Position numbers and translations under genes: made by a program. From Escherichia coli (GTDB taxonomy: Bacteria; Pseudomonadota; Gammaproteobacteria; Enterobacterales; Enterobacteriaceae): a stretch of DNA of 60,537 nucleotides. Numbering within the stretch: the first letter of the stretch is position 1; every line of letters starts with the position of its first letter. The notes under the pieces are model-generated. The model did no database searches. It had not been told where the DNA came from and saw only the letters and a program-made list of their open reading frames with translations. Below are positions 46,862-58,167 of this stretch, piece by piece. The stretch is from assembly GCF_003334255.1 (NCBI RefSeq), contig NZ_QOWU01000027.1; one strand, 5' to 3'.

Positions 46862-48852
46862 TCAGAAGCGATAATCCACTGCCATAAAGTAACGACGTCC
46901 GTCTTCGTTATAGCTGTAGTCGTCACGACTGAGATCCTTGTCGCCAAGGTTCAGCACGCCTGCGCGCAGTTTGACGTCTTTAGTCACCTGCCAGGCCGCG
47001 CCGGTATTCCAGATGGTATAACCGCCCGGTGTTTTAGCCGTCGCGCTGTCGGCGCGTTTCTGCCCGGTATAGTGCCCAGAAACATAGAATGACCAGTCTT
47101 CCAGCGCCAGCGGTTTCCAGTCCAGCGTACCGTTAGCAGTATGGAACGGCAGATCGGATAGCGGTTTGTTTTCGCCGTTGCTGACATCACGACCATCGTT
47201 GTAGGTGTAGTTGATCGACAGTTTCCATTCATCGTTGAACGGAATTTTCAGTTCGGTTTCCACGCCCTGAATACGAGCTTTGTTAACGTTGTAGTAGCTA
47301 AATACCGGTATGCGCCGTCCGTTAGCGCCCGTCTCAAAACCAACAAAGTTTTGGTAGCCCGGTGCAGCGTTGACGTCAGACGTACGGCTGATGCTGATAC
47401 GATCTTTCACATCGTTACGGAAAACGGTAACGCTGGATTCAACCCCTTCCAGCCAGCCTTCTTCACCCATGTAGTAAAGCCCCAGCTCCCAACTTTCGCT
47501 GGTTTCTGGTTTCAGATCCGGGCTACCCACAATCTTACATGCGCCACGGCAGGAATTGCTCGTCCAGTCAGGGCTAAGTTGCAACAGAGAAGGTGCTTTA
47601 AATGCCGTCGCCCAGCCCCCTTTCACCGTTACGGTGTCGGTGGCGTTATAAACCAGGTAGGCACGCGGACTCCAGTGTTCACCGTAGGTTTCGTGATCGT
47701 CCATACGCACGCCGGTCGTCAGCGCCAGCGGCTCGAAGATCCGCCATTCATCTTCCACAAACAGCGCGTACTGGCTGGCAGACGTTTTGGAGCTGGTTCC
47801 CCCGGTCAGGTTCACCGCATCGCTAAGTTTGTCGTGACGCCATTCACCGCCAACCGTGAGAAACTGATTAATCGCCGTCAGCGGCAACGTGTATTTGCCG
47901 TCGACCGTATTGCTTTCGGAAGTTATCGGGCTGCTGTTGCCAGGGTTTTTGTTCTCGACTTTCTCACCGTAGTATTTCAGTTCGCTGGTGCCGTAATCCC
48001 AACGCCCATTATGGCTGACGGAGTAGTTCTGGCGTTCCAGGCGGTTTTTGTCCAGCGAGTCGGAATCACGATCCTGACGGTCGAAACCGTATCCGGCAGT
48101 AAAATCGTGATTTTGATTCGGTGTCCAGGCAAATTCGACATTGCCGTGCGGCTGGAGAATCCTTCAATACGCGGCGTTTCTCCGGTATCGGTGGTCGTTG
48201 AGTTTTGCGGGTCATCCTTTTCACGTTTTGCCAGGCTGCCGTAAGCTTTCATTCCCAGCACACCATCAATTAATGGTCCACTGGTAAAGAACTGACCGTT
48301 ATAGGTGTCACCGCGATCGCGATGTTCCTGAATGGTGGTATCGACGGTAACGGTACCCGACCATTTCTGACCGATTTTTTTGGTGATGATATTCACTACA
48401 CCGCCGAGCGCATCGGAACCGTACAGCGACGACATCGGGCCACGGACCACTTCAATACGTTCGATGGAATCGACCGGGATCCAGTTCAGATCGAAATCAT
48501 TGTGGCGGAAGACGGCATTGCGGGAGTTCACGCGTTTACCGTCGACGAGAATCAGGGTATAGCTGCTGTCCAGACCACGAATACTAACGCCCTTACGGTT
48601 ATCCCCTTCGTTCGTCAGTTGTACGCCAGGCACTTCTTTGAGGACATCCTTCAGATTCTGTACCGGTTTTCGCTGCAGGTCTTCCTGGGTAATGACGCTG
48701 ATACTGGCAGGTGCATCTTTAAGATTTTGTTCCACGGAAGATGCAGTGACAACCATCGTTTCGCCATCATCATCGACCGCTAACACAGGCCATGCACAAG
48801 AAATAGCGGACAAACACAGCCCGACCCGTACGAAAGGGTTCAACCTAAACAT
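46862..48852 (-). pseudogene. cirA: cirA (TonB-dependent catecholate siderophore / colicin I receptor) disrupted by a single-base frameshift
   Basis: Two minus-strand ORFs (47977..48852, N-terminal; 46862..47887, C-terminal ending ...AVDYRF) in different frames. Total span is 1991 nt, one short of the 1992 nt needed for a 663-aa protein plus stop. Both frames are open across ~48130-48150; a missing base near 48137/48138 restores [15 protein letters not shown]... Confidence 0.85.
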
Positions 48853-49022
48853 TCCATATCTCCATGAGGTAACTACGAAAATAAAATGGGTTATCGCTCA
48901 CATCTTCTTCACGTCCCCTTGCGTACGGCAGCATCGCGGTGGACTTATTTTTTATGCAGGTGATCATCCCAGAAAGCCGGAACAGCCTCTGATTTGTCAG
49001 CCTTTTTTGATTGCGGCGTAAC

Positions 49023-49049
49023 GATAATGCAAACGATAACAATTATCAA
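49023..49049 (-). promoter_or_regulatory. Fur box(es) upstream of cirA
   Basis: Minus-strand sequence TGATAATTGTTATCGTTTGCATTATCG holds overlapping GATAAT/ATTATC hexamers typical of Fur operators, ~170 bp upstream of the cirA ATG. Confidence 0.6.
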
Positions 49050-49096
49050 TCCAAATGTTAAATTTTATATCCGCATGATTTGTCAGGGAAATGGAA

Positions 49097-49126
49097 TTGA
49101 AAAAGCCCTCTCGGTTGAGAGGGCTT
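49097..49126 (-). terminator. Rho-independent terminator of lysP
   Basis: Minus-strand hairpin AGCCCTCTC-AACC-GAGAGGGCT (9-bp stem) followed by TTTTTCAATT, ~20 nt downstream of the lysP stop. Confidence 0.8.
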
Positions 49127-49145
49127 AGCAAGGAAGGGAGGAAAC

Positions 49146-50615
49146 TTATTTCTTATCGTTCTGCGGGAACTTCATTTCGCTGTAGCGTACGAAGTGAGTT
49201 CCTTTAATCAGCTTGTAGCCGAACCAAATAATCAGGAACAGCGGGATACCAATATACGTTGCCGCTACGCCGCCCCAGTCAATAGTATCTTTCAGGAACG
49301 CTTCGTAGTTCTGGCCCAAAGTGATAATCAGACACAGAATGAATGCGAAGATCGGCCCCAGTGGGAAGAAACCTGAACGGTACGGCAGATCGTTAATGTC
49401 GTGTCCCTGCAATACGTAACCGCGACGGAAGCGATAGTGGCTAATGGCAATCCCCAGCCAGGCGATAAAACCCGTCATCCCGGAGGTGTTCAGCAGCCAC
49501 AGGTATACCGTCTGGTTGCCAAACATGGAGGTCAGGAAGCACAGACCGGCAATCACCGTCGTCGCATACAGCGCATTACGCGGCACGCCACCACGCGACA
49601 GTTTAGCGAAAATGCGCGGCGCTTTACCGTCACACGCCAGGGTGTACAGCATACGAGTAGACGCATACATACCGGAGTTACCCGCTGACAGCACCGCCGT
49701 CAGAATAACTGCGTTCATCACCGCCGCCGCAGAGAGCAGACCCGCGTGCTGGAACACCAGGGTGAACGGACTAACGCTGATGTCTTTAACATCGTTACGC
49801 AGCAGGCTCGGATCGGTGTACGGAATAATCAGGCTGATAATCAGGATCGCGAACACATAGAACAACAGGATTCGCCAGAACACCTGACGTACCGCGCGTG
49901 GAATGTTTTTCGCCGGATCTTCGGACTCGCCTGCAGCAATACCGATCAGCTCGGTTCCCTGGAAAGAGAAGCCGACAATCATAGCTACGCCGATCATCGC
50001 CGCAAAACCACCAGCAAACGGCGCTTCGCCGATTGTCCAGTTGCTCCAGCCCGCAGGCTGCGCGCCTTTGAAGATACCGATAATCATCAGCACGCCAACG
50101 ATGATAAAGACAATAACTGTCGTGACTTTGATCAGTGAGAACCAGTATTCCGCTTCACCAAAGCCACGAACTGAGATGTAGTTCAGCAGGAAGATAACGC
50201 CGAGGAACAACGCACTCCAGATCCAGCCCGGTGTATCCGGGAACCACCAGCTCATGACCAGCTGAGCTGCAACCAGGTCAACGGCGATAGTCACCGCCCA
50301 GTTGTACCAGTAGTTCCAGCCCAGCGCGAAGCCAAAGCCTTCTTCAACATAGTTCTGACCGTAAGTGGCAAACGAACCGGAAACCGGCATATATGCAGCC
50401 AGTTCACCGAGACTGGTCATCAGGAAGTAAACCATCAGGCCAATCAGCATATACGAGAGCAATGCCCCGCCCGGACCTGCCTGAGAAATCGTTGCGCCAG
50501 AGGCAACAAAAAGACCTGTACCGATGGAACCGCCAATGGCAATCATCGTCAGGTGACGCGCCTTTAATTCACGGCGTAAGCCCGGCGCTTCTGTGGTTTT
50601 AGTTTCGGAAACCAT
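49146..50615 (-). CDS. lysP: LysP, lysine-specific permease, APC family (489 aa)
   Basis: ORF 49146..50615 (-). Confidence 0.93.
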   Translation of the reverse strand: MVSETKTTEAPGLRRELKARHLTMIAIGGSIGTGLFVASGATISQAGPGGALLSYMLIGLMVYFLMTSLGELAAYMPVSGSFATYGQNYVEEGFGFALGWNYWYNWAVTIAVDLVAAQLVMSWWFPDTPGWIWSALFLGVIFLLNYISVRGFGEAEYWFSLIKVTTVIVFIIVGVLMIIGIFKGAQPAGWSNWTIGEAPFAGGFAAMIGVAMIVGFSFQGTELIGIAAGESEDPAKNIPRAVRQVFWRILLFYVFAILIISLIIPYTDPSLLRNDVKDISVSPFTLVFQHAGLLSAAAVMNAVILTAVLSAGNSGMYASTRMLYTLACDGKAPRIFAKLSRGGVPRNALYATTVIAGLCFLTSMFGNQTVYLWLLNTSGMTGFIAWLGIAISHYRFRRGYVLQGHDINDLPYRSGFFPLGPIFAFILCLIITLGQNYEAFLKDTIDWGGVAATYIGIPLFLIIWFGYKLIKGTHFVRYSEMKFPQNDKK

Positions 50616-50819
50616 ACAAAAATGCTATCCATCTTAAAAATGAGGCGCGATTGTAGCAGACGATTGGCAATCCTTCCGGCAGAAATACACGGTTATAAGA
50701 CACCTTCATGATCGCCCAGGGATTATAAGTAAAGCAGCCAATCTCTTTTCTGGCGAATGCATGCTGAAGGCGCTGCGTCACGAAATCGACACAGCACCAG
50801 CATGTTCTTGTACAGCAAC

Positions 50820-51701
50820 TTAACGCGGCACATTTGCGGGATCGCAATAGTCCAGAAAGCGCCGTAGCGCGTTGGAAAGGTGTTTTTGCCGATGATGTAT
50901 ACGCCACAACGTACGCATCAGGCGCGGCAGAGGGACCGCAACTTCACTTAATGTGCCTGCCTGCAATTGATCTTCAATCACACGTCGCGACAGGCAACTA
51001 ATTCCCAACCCATGACGCACCGCATGTTTGATTGCCTCGGAGTTACCTAATTCCATCGCCATCTCAAACTTCGGTAAATGTGACAGCAACAGATAATCGA
51101 CAATCTCCCGCGTGCCGGAACCGCGTTCACGCAGGATCCACGGCGCAGCGGCCAGCTGTTCTAAGGTGACCGGACCACGGGCCAACGGCGAAGTCGGCGC
51201 GGCGAAAACCACCAGCTCGTCTTCCAGCCACGGTTCAGAAATGATTTCAGTGCTGTGGCACGGTCCTTCAATAAAGCCAATATCAACGCGGAAATCCAGC
51301 ACCGCTTGCATCACGTCCTGGCTATTCCCAACGCTAAGTTCAATCGGCAACTGCGGATAATCATGGCGATAACGGGCGATAACTGCAGGCAGAATGTAGT
51401 TACCGATGGTACTACTGGCATAGATACGAATCGCGCCGTTGTCTTCGCGAAACAGTTGTTCGATTTCAACCGCCTGTTCAAGCAATGCCAACGCACGCGG
51501 ATAGAGCAGCCGCCCGTGTTCATTAACAACCAGTCTTTTCCCCACGCGATCAAACAGTTGCACGCCAAGCTGCCCTTCCAGGTCGGTCAAGGCTGCGCTC
51601 ACTGCTGATTGCGACAACGCCAGCATCACCGACGCCTGGGTGGTTGATCCACTTTTCAATACTTCTGCAAAAACTTCCAACTGCCGGAGGGTGATGTGCA
51701 T
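50820..51701 (-). CDS. yeiE: YeiE, LysR-type transcriptional regulator (293 aa)
   Basis: ORF 50820..51701 (-); N-terminal LysR HTH; divergent from yeiH. Confidence 0.92.
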
Positions 51702-51799
51702 AGTCGCTTACCACTTATAAAGATTAATTATAAATATATAATCAATTTTATTTTTAAACCAGTTAGTCGTAACCTTATGCCCGGTTAAAGGAGAGGGTT

Positions 51800-52849
51800 A
51801 TGACGAATATCACCTTACAGAAACAACATCGTACACTGTGGCATTTTATTCCGGGGTTAGCCCTGAGTGCAGTTATCACCGGGGTCGCCCTGTGGGGTGG
51901 TTCCATTCCCGCGGTTGCGGGTGCCGGGTTTAGTGCCCTCACCCTCGCAATCTTGTTGGGGATGGTTTTAGGCAACACCATCTATCCGCACATCTGGAAA
52001 AGCTGTGACGGTGGTGTGCTGTTTGCCAAGCAATATTTATTACGTCTGGGTATCATTCTTTATGGCTTCCGTCTGACGTTCTCGCAAATTGCCGATGTCG
52101 GTATCAGTGGGATCATCATTGACGTGTTGACGCTGTCCAGTACCTTCCTGCTGGCTTGCTTCCTGGGGCAGAAAGTGTTTGGTCTGGATAAGCACACCAG
52201 CTGGTTGATCGGTGCCGGTAGCAGTATCTGTGGTGCTGCCGCGGTACTGGCGACTGAGCCGGTAGTGAAAGCGGAAGCCAGTAAAGTAACCGTGGCTGTT
52301 GCAACCGTTGTTATCTTCGGGACCGTCGCGATTTTCCTCTACCCGGCGATATATCCGCTGATGTCTCAATGGTTTAGTCCGGAAACTTTCGGTATCTACA
52401 TTGGTTCTACTGTGCACGAAGTGGCGCAGGTGGTGGCGGCAGGTCATGCCATCAGCCCGGATGCGGAAAACGCAGCAGTTATTTCCAAAATGCTGCGCGT
52501 GATGATGCTGGCTCCGTTCCTCATCCTGCTGGCGGCGCGTGTTAAACAGCTGTCTGGGGCGAACAGCGGCGAGAAAAGCAAAATCACTATTCCGTGGTTT
52601 GCCATCTTGTTCATCGTAGTTGCCATCTTTAACTCGTTCCACCTGTTACCGCAGAGCGTGGTGAACATGCTGGTAACGCTGGATACCTTCCTGCTGGCAA
52701 TGGCGATGGCGGCGCTGGGTCTGACCACTCACGTCAGCGCGCTGAAAAAAGCTGGGGCGAAACCTCTGCTGATGGCACTGGTACTGTTTGCCTGGCTGAT
52801 TGTTGGTGGTGGTGCGATTAACTATGTGATTCAAAGCGTCATCGCATAA
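51800..52849 (+). CDS. yeiH: YeiH, UPF0324-family inner membrane protein (349 aa)
   Basis: ORF 51800..52849; GGAGAGGG SD upstream. Confidence 0.9.
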
Positions 52850-52922
52850 ACCACTACATCTTGCTCCTGTTAACCCGCTATCATTACCGTTTTCCTCCAG
52901 CGGGTTTAACAGGAGTCCTCGC

Positions 52923-53780
52923 ATGAAATACATTGGAGCGCACGTTAGTGCTGCTGGCGGTCTGGCAAATGCCGCAATTCGCGCCGCCGAAATCGACGCA
53001 ACCGCGTTTGCCTTGTTCACCAAAAACCAACGTCAGTGGCGTGCCGCACCGCTCACGACGCAAACCATCGATGAATTCAAAGCCGCCTGTGAAAAATATC
53101 ACTACACATCGGCGCAAATTCTTCCCCACGACAGTTATCTGATTAACCTCGGACATCCGGTCACTGAAGCTCTGGAAAAATCGCGCGATGCCTTTATAGA
53201 TGAAATGCAGCGTTGCGAACAGCTGGGGCTTTCTTTGCTCAACTTCCACCCTGGCAGCCATCTGATGCAGATTTCAGAAGAGGATTGCCTTGCGCGTATT
53301 GCCGAATCCATCAACATTGCGCTGGATAAAACTCAAGGTGTGACAGCGGTGATAGAAAACACCGCCGGTCAGGGCAGTAACTTAGGGTTTAAATTCGAAC
53401 ATCTCGCGGCGATTATCGACGGCGTGGAAGATAAATCCCGCGTCGGCGTCTGCATTGATACCTGCCATGCTTTCGCTGCCGGGTATGATTTGCGTACTCC
53501 AGCCGAATGCGAGAAAACATTCGCGGATTTTGCCCGTACTGTCGGCTTTAAGTATCTGCGCGGGATGCACCTTAACGATGCGAAAAGCACCTTTGGCAGC
53601 CGCGTTGACCGCCATCATAGCCTCGGTGAAGGCAATATCGGTCATGATGCGTTCCGCTGGATCATGCAGGACGACCGTTTCGACGGCATTCCGCTGATCC
53701 TCGAAACCATCAACCCGGATATCTGGGCAGAAGAGATCGCCTGGCTGAAAGCGCAACAAACTGAAAAAGCGGTAGCCTGA
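52923..53780 (+). CDS. nfo: Nfo, endonuclease IV (285 aa)
   Basis: ORF 52923..53780 ([13 protein letters not shown]...). Confidence 0.93.
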
Positions 53781-53782
53781 AG

Positions 53783-54871
53783 ATGAATAACCGGGAAAAG
53801 GAGATCCTTGCAATTTTACGGCGTAACCCGCTGATTCAGCAGAACGAAATTGCGGACATGCTGCAAATCAGCCGTTCGCGCGTTGCGGCGCATATTATGG
53901 ATTTAATGCGCAAAGGCCGGATTAAAGGCAAAGGTTACATTCTCACCGAGCAGGAATACTGCGTAGTGGTGGGGACAATCAATATGGATATTCGCGGGAT
54001 GGCGGATATCCGTTACCCGCAATCGGCTTCTCATCCCGGTACAATTCATTGCTCAGCGGGCGGCGTGGGACGCAACATCGCCCACAATCTGGCGCTGTTA
54101 GGCCGTGACGTCCATTTGCTTTCAGTGATTGGCGATGACTTTTATGGCGAAATGCTCCTGGAAGAAACGCGCCGTGCCGGCGTGAATGTCTCCGGCTGCG
54201 TTCGTTTGCATGGTCAAAGCACATCGACGTATCTGGCAATTGCCAATCGAGACGATCAAACCGTGCTGGCGATTAACGATACCCATCTGCTGGAACAGTT
54301 GACACCGCAACTACTGAACGGGTCGCGCGATTTACTTCGTCATGCGGGCGTGGTACTGGCTGATTGCAACCTGACAGCCGAGGCGCTGGAATGGGTCTTT
54401 ACCCTCGCTGATGAAATCCCGGTGTTTGTCGATACCGTTTCAGAATTCAAAGCGGGCAAAATCAAACACTGGCTGGCGCATATTCACACCCTGAAACCCA
54501 CTTTACCGGAGCTGGAAATTTTATGGGGACAGGCGATCACCAGCGATGCTGACCGTAATACCGCAGTGAATGCATTGCATCAGCAAGGTGTTCAGCAACT
54601 GTTTGTTTATTTGCCCGATGAGTCAGTTTATTGCAGCGAAAAGGATGGAGAACAATTTTTGCTGACCGCGCCAGCGCATACGACAGTAGACAGTTTTGGT
54701 GCTGACGATGGTTTTATGGCGGGCCTGGTATATAGCTTTCTTGAAGGATACAGTTTCCGCGACAGCGCCCGTTTTGCGGTAGCCTGCGCGGCAATTTCGC
54801 GCGCCAGCGGCAGCTTAAACAACCCTACCCTGTCTGCCGATAACGCGCTTTCATTAGTGCCAATGGTGTAA
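53783..54871 (+). CDS. yeiI: YeiI, PfkB-family sugar kinase with N-terminal HTH domain (362 aa)
   Basis: ORF 53783..54871, starting 2 nt after the nfo stop. Confidence 0.9.
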   Translation: MNNREKEILAILRRNPLIQQNEIADMLQISRSRVAAHIMDLMRKGRIKGKGYILTEQEYCVVVGTINMDIRGMADIRYPQSASHPGTIHCSAGGVGRNIAHNLALLGRDVHLLSVIGDDFYGEMLLEETRRAGVNVSGCVRLHGQSTSTYLAIANRDDQTVLAINDTHLLEQLTPQLLNGSRDLLRHAGVVLADCNLTAEALEWVFTLADEIPVFVDTVSEFKAGKIKHWLAHIHTLKPTLPELEILWGQAITSDADRNTAVNALHQQGVQQLFVYLPDESVYCSEKDGEQFLLTAPAHTTVDSFGADDGFMAGLVYSFLEGYSFRDSARFAVACAAISRASGSLNNPTLSADNALSLVPMV

Positions 54872-54877
54872 CAATGT

Positions 54878-54970
54878 TGCCGGATGCGACGCTTAACGCG
54901 TCTTATCCGGCCTACAAATCAGGCAATTTCAGCAAGTAAATGTAGGCCTGATAAGCTTGCGCATCAGGCA
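54878..54970. repeat. REP elements (two units)
   Basis: GCCGGATGCGACGCTTAACGCGTCTTATCCGGCCTACAAA and inverted GTAGGCCTGATAAGC...GCATCAGGC between yeiI and nupX. Confidence 0.85.
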
Positions 54971-54977
54971 ATGACAC

Positions 54978-56228
54978 TCAAGCTAAACCAATAAAGAACC
55001 CGGCAATGGTCGCACTCATCAAGTTGGAAAGCGTCGCCGCCGCCAGCGCCCGTAAACCAAGCTGGGCGATTTCCGGCGCACGGTGTGGCGCAACCGCAGA
55101 AAACGCCCCCACCACCACCCCGATAGAACCAAAGTTAGCGAAACCGCACAACGCGAAGGAAATAATCGCCACAGTTTTAGCATCGAGAGTGCCAGCCGTT
55201 TGCAGATAGGGTGAGAAATTGAGATAAGCGACAAATTCATTTATTGCCAGTTTCTGTCCAATCAAACTCCCGGCAAGATTCGCATCACTCCAGTCCACAC
55301 CCATCACCCACGCCAGTGGAGCCAGCAGGTAACCTAAAATGGACTCCAGCGAGGCATGTTCAAAACCAAACCAGCCACCAACGCCGCCGATAATACCGTT
55401 AATCAACGCAATTATTGCAACAAATGCCATCACCACTGTTGCCACACCTGCGGCGATTTTCAGCCCGGTCATTGCCCCTGTCGCAGCGGCTTCAATAATG
55501 CTTTTTGGCGGTGTTTCGGTGAAAGAGAGGTTATTAAAGGAAACCTGCGAAGATTCCGTTGCCGGGCTTAACAGGCGGGCAAACAAGATCCCGCCAGGGA
55601 TCGCCATTAATGATGCCGCCAGCAGATATTCCACAGGCACGCCCAGTGCGGCGTAACCAATCATTGTCGAACCAGCAATCGAGGCCATGCCACTACAAAT
55701 CGCTGTAAATAATTCATTGCGATTCAGACGATCGATAAAGGGTTTGACGATTGCCGGAATTTCGTTTTGCCCGAGGAAAATGGTGGTGACCGCGACGAAT
55801 GACTCGATCTTGCTGATATTTAATGCTTTCTGGAAGATACCGCCGAGAATTCGAATTAAAATCCCCATCACACCGATGTAGTAGAGAATACTCACCAGCG
55901 CGGTGACGAAGATAATTGCCGGTAACACCCTGAAACCAAAGATAAATCCTGCACCATCAAATAAGGTATCCATTTTCGGTCCGACCAGAGAACCGAAGAT
56001 AAATGCGCTACCCGCGTCGCTGTACGCCATCACTTTATGCACGCCAAAAGCGACTTTTTCAGCGACCCAACGCCCTGGCGGTAACCAAAGCATAATGCCG
56101 CCAATCACGACCTGTAACACTAACGCCGCGCCAACGGTACGCAGGCTGATCTTCTTCTTGTTTACTGACAGTAAAAACGCAATCGTCAGCAATACCACCA
56201 TTCCCAGAACACTTCTCATGACATCCAT
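54978..56228 (-). CDS. nupX: NupX, NupC-family (CNT) nucleoside transporter (416 aa)
   Basis: ORF 54978..56228 (-); near-identical paralog of psuT in this window. Confidence 0.92.
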   Translation of the reverse strand: MDVMRSVLGMVVLLTIAFLLSVNKKKISLRTVGAALVLQVVIGGIMLWLPPGRWVAEKVAFGVHKVMAYSDAGSAFIFGSLVGPKMDTLFDGAGFIFGFRVLPAIIFVTALVSILYYIGVMGILIRILGGIFQKALNISKIESFVAVTTIFLGQNEIPAIVKPFIDRLNRNELFTAICSGMASIAGSTMIGYAALGVPVEYLLAASLMAIPGGILFARLLSPATESSQVSFNNLSFTETPPKSIIEAAATGAMTGLKIAAGVATVVMAFVAIIALINGIIGGVGGWFGFEHASLESILGYLLAPLAWVMGVDWSDANLAGSLIGQKLAINEFVAYLNFSPYLQTAGTLDAKTVAIISFALCGFANFGSIGVVVGAFSAVAPHRAPEIAQLGLRALAAATLSNLMSATIAGFFIGLA

Positions 56229-56327
56229 AGTGATTATCTCTTCATGTCATATTGGGCGACGGCTTTCTGCCCATCAGAAATAGCCAGGCCTGCATCTTGC
56301 GATACCGGCCCGGCTTGTTATCAACAC

Positions 56328-57269
56328 TTAATGGGTTTTGATGTAGCCGCGCACGCACTCTTCGACTAATCCCCAGAACCAGTCTGTATCAATAGTGATG
56401 CCGACTTTGGTATTGGCGGGCTTGCCAAGAACGCCCAGCTCGTCGCAGACGGTACGCCCATAGCAAGGGCCACTGTTGACGTCCACTTCGACGTACATCT
56501 CCTGGGTTTTAATGCCATCAGGGTTAATCAGATAACCGATGCAGGTGGCGTCGTGCACCGGGCCGCCAGCAAGGCCGTAGTTTTCGAACTGCGTTTTGAG
56601 AGTGAAGTTCATGATGTCGCTGAACAGCTCTCCGGCGGGGCCGCCTGCCCTTTCCATCCGAGCAATCACGTCCGGGGTGCAAACGGTCTGGTTGGTGAGA
56701 TCGAGGCCCATCATCACTAATGGAACGCCGGAGGTGAACACTACGCGTGCGGCTTCCGGGTCGGCAAAGATGTTGAACTCGGCAGATGGCGTGAAGTTGC
56801 CTGTACCGTAAGCGCCGCCCATTAGCACAATTTCACGGATTTTGGGCAGGATCGCGGGTTGCATACGCATTGCCACCGCGATATTTGAAAGCGGACCAAC
56901 CGGCACCAGAGTGATATCGCCATCGCTTGCCATCAGGGTATCAATGATATATTTCACCGCATGAGTGCTTTCTGCCTGGCGGGTCAGCGGCTCGAATACC
57001 GGGCCATCCAGTCCGGTTTCACCGTGAATATTATCGGCAACGATTTGTTGACGCATAATGGGCTGCGGCATCCCCGCATAAACCGGAACATTAATCTCCA
57101 GTTTCTGGCAAACATTCAGGCCATTAATTAATGTTTTATCAAGCGTCTGATTACCCGCTACAATAGTGATGCCTAATAAATCTATTGCCGGATGTTTCGC
57201 CGCCATCATTATAGCAATAGCATCATCATGACCCGGATCACAATCCAGAATAATTTTTCTCTTTTCCAT
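56328..57269 (-). CDS. rihB: RihB, pyrimidine-specific ribonucleoside hydrolase (313 aa)
   Basis: ORF 56328..57269 (-); N-terminal DxDxxxDD motif (DCDPGHDD). Confidence 0.92.
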   Translation of the reverse strand: MEKRKIILDCDPGHDDAIAIMMAAKHPAIDLLGITIVAGNQTLDKTLINGLNVCQKLEINVPVYAGMPQPIMRQQIVADNIHGETGLDGPVFEPLTRQAESTHAVKYIIDTLMASDGDITLVPVGPLSNIAVAMRMQPAILPKIREIVLMGGAYGTGNFTPSAEFNIFADPEAARVVFTSGVPLVMMGLDLTNQTVCTPDVIARMERAGGPAGELFSDIMNFTLKTQFENYGLAGGPVHDATCIGYLINPDGIKTQEMYVEVDVNSGPCYGRTVCDELGVLGKPANTKVGITIDTDWFWGLVEECVRGYIKTH

Positions 57270-57437
57270 TGTTTATTTCCTCTGTTTCCAGTTGCGTTAT
57301 TTTTTCTACAGCAAAGAAAATTCGACCGGGCCGATGATTGAATCTTAACAACAGCGTACGTATGCTAAATATGAGAAATCTCATAGCGGATAAACATCGT
57401 GAAAGAAATCCACAATAATGATCTTAAGCAGCAATTG

Positions 57438-58097
57438 ATGAGTGAATCCGCGTTTAAGGATTGCTTTTTAACGGATGTTTCAGCCGATACGCGGCTGTTT
57501 CATTTTTTAGCGCGTGACTACATTGTGCAGGAAGGGCAACAGCCGTCCTGGCTGTTTTACCTGACGCGAGGCCGCGCCAGGCTTTACGCCACGCTAGCTA
57601 ATGGTCGCGTGTCGCTGATCGATTTCTTTGCCGCCCCCTGTTTTATTGGCGAGATTGAGTTAATCGATAAAGACCATGAACCGCGTGCGGTGCAGGCTAT
57701 TGAAGAGTGTTGGTGCCTTGCGCTCCCTATGAAACATTACCGTCCGCTGTTATTAAACGACACGCTATTTTTACGAAAACTCTGCGTCACCTTAAGTCAT
57801 AAAAATTATCGTAATATTGTTTCTTTAACTCAGAATCAATCATTTCCGTTAGTGAATCGCCTGGCAGCATTTATATTACTCTCGCAGGAAGGTGATCTTT
57901 ATCACGAAAAGCATACGCAAGCGGCAGAGTATTTAGGCGTTTCTTATCGACATCTTTTATATGTTCTCGCGCAGTTCATTCACGACGGTTTATTAATTAA
58001 AAGCAAGAAAGGGTATCTCATTAAAAACAGAAAGCAGTTGTCAGGACTGGCGCTGGAGATGGACCCGGAGAATAAATTCTCCGGGATGATGCAGTAA
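57438..58097 (+). CDS. yeiL: YeiL, CRP/FNR-family transcriptional regulator (219 aa)
   Basis: ORF track 57399..58097; start ATG 57438 ([10 protein letters not shown]). Confidence 0.88.
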
Positions 58098-58119
58098 AAA
58101 TTATTTTCAATAGCGCGAT

Positions 58120-58160
58120 TGCCGGATGCAACGCTTAATACGTTTTATCCGGTCTACAAA
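58120..58160. repeat. REP element
   Basis: GCCGGATGCAACGCTTAATACGTTTTATCCGGTCTACAAA between yeiL and psuT. Confidence 0.8.
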
Positions 58161-58167
58161 TCGAGCA

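Noticed and set aside
47351-48244. 297-aa ORF on the + strand
   Set aside because: Antisense to cirA; Arg-rich low-complexity translation. Shadow ORF.
52040-52642. 200-aa ORF on the - strand
   Set aside because: Antisense within yeiH; Arg/His-rich. Shadow ORF.
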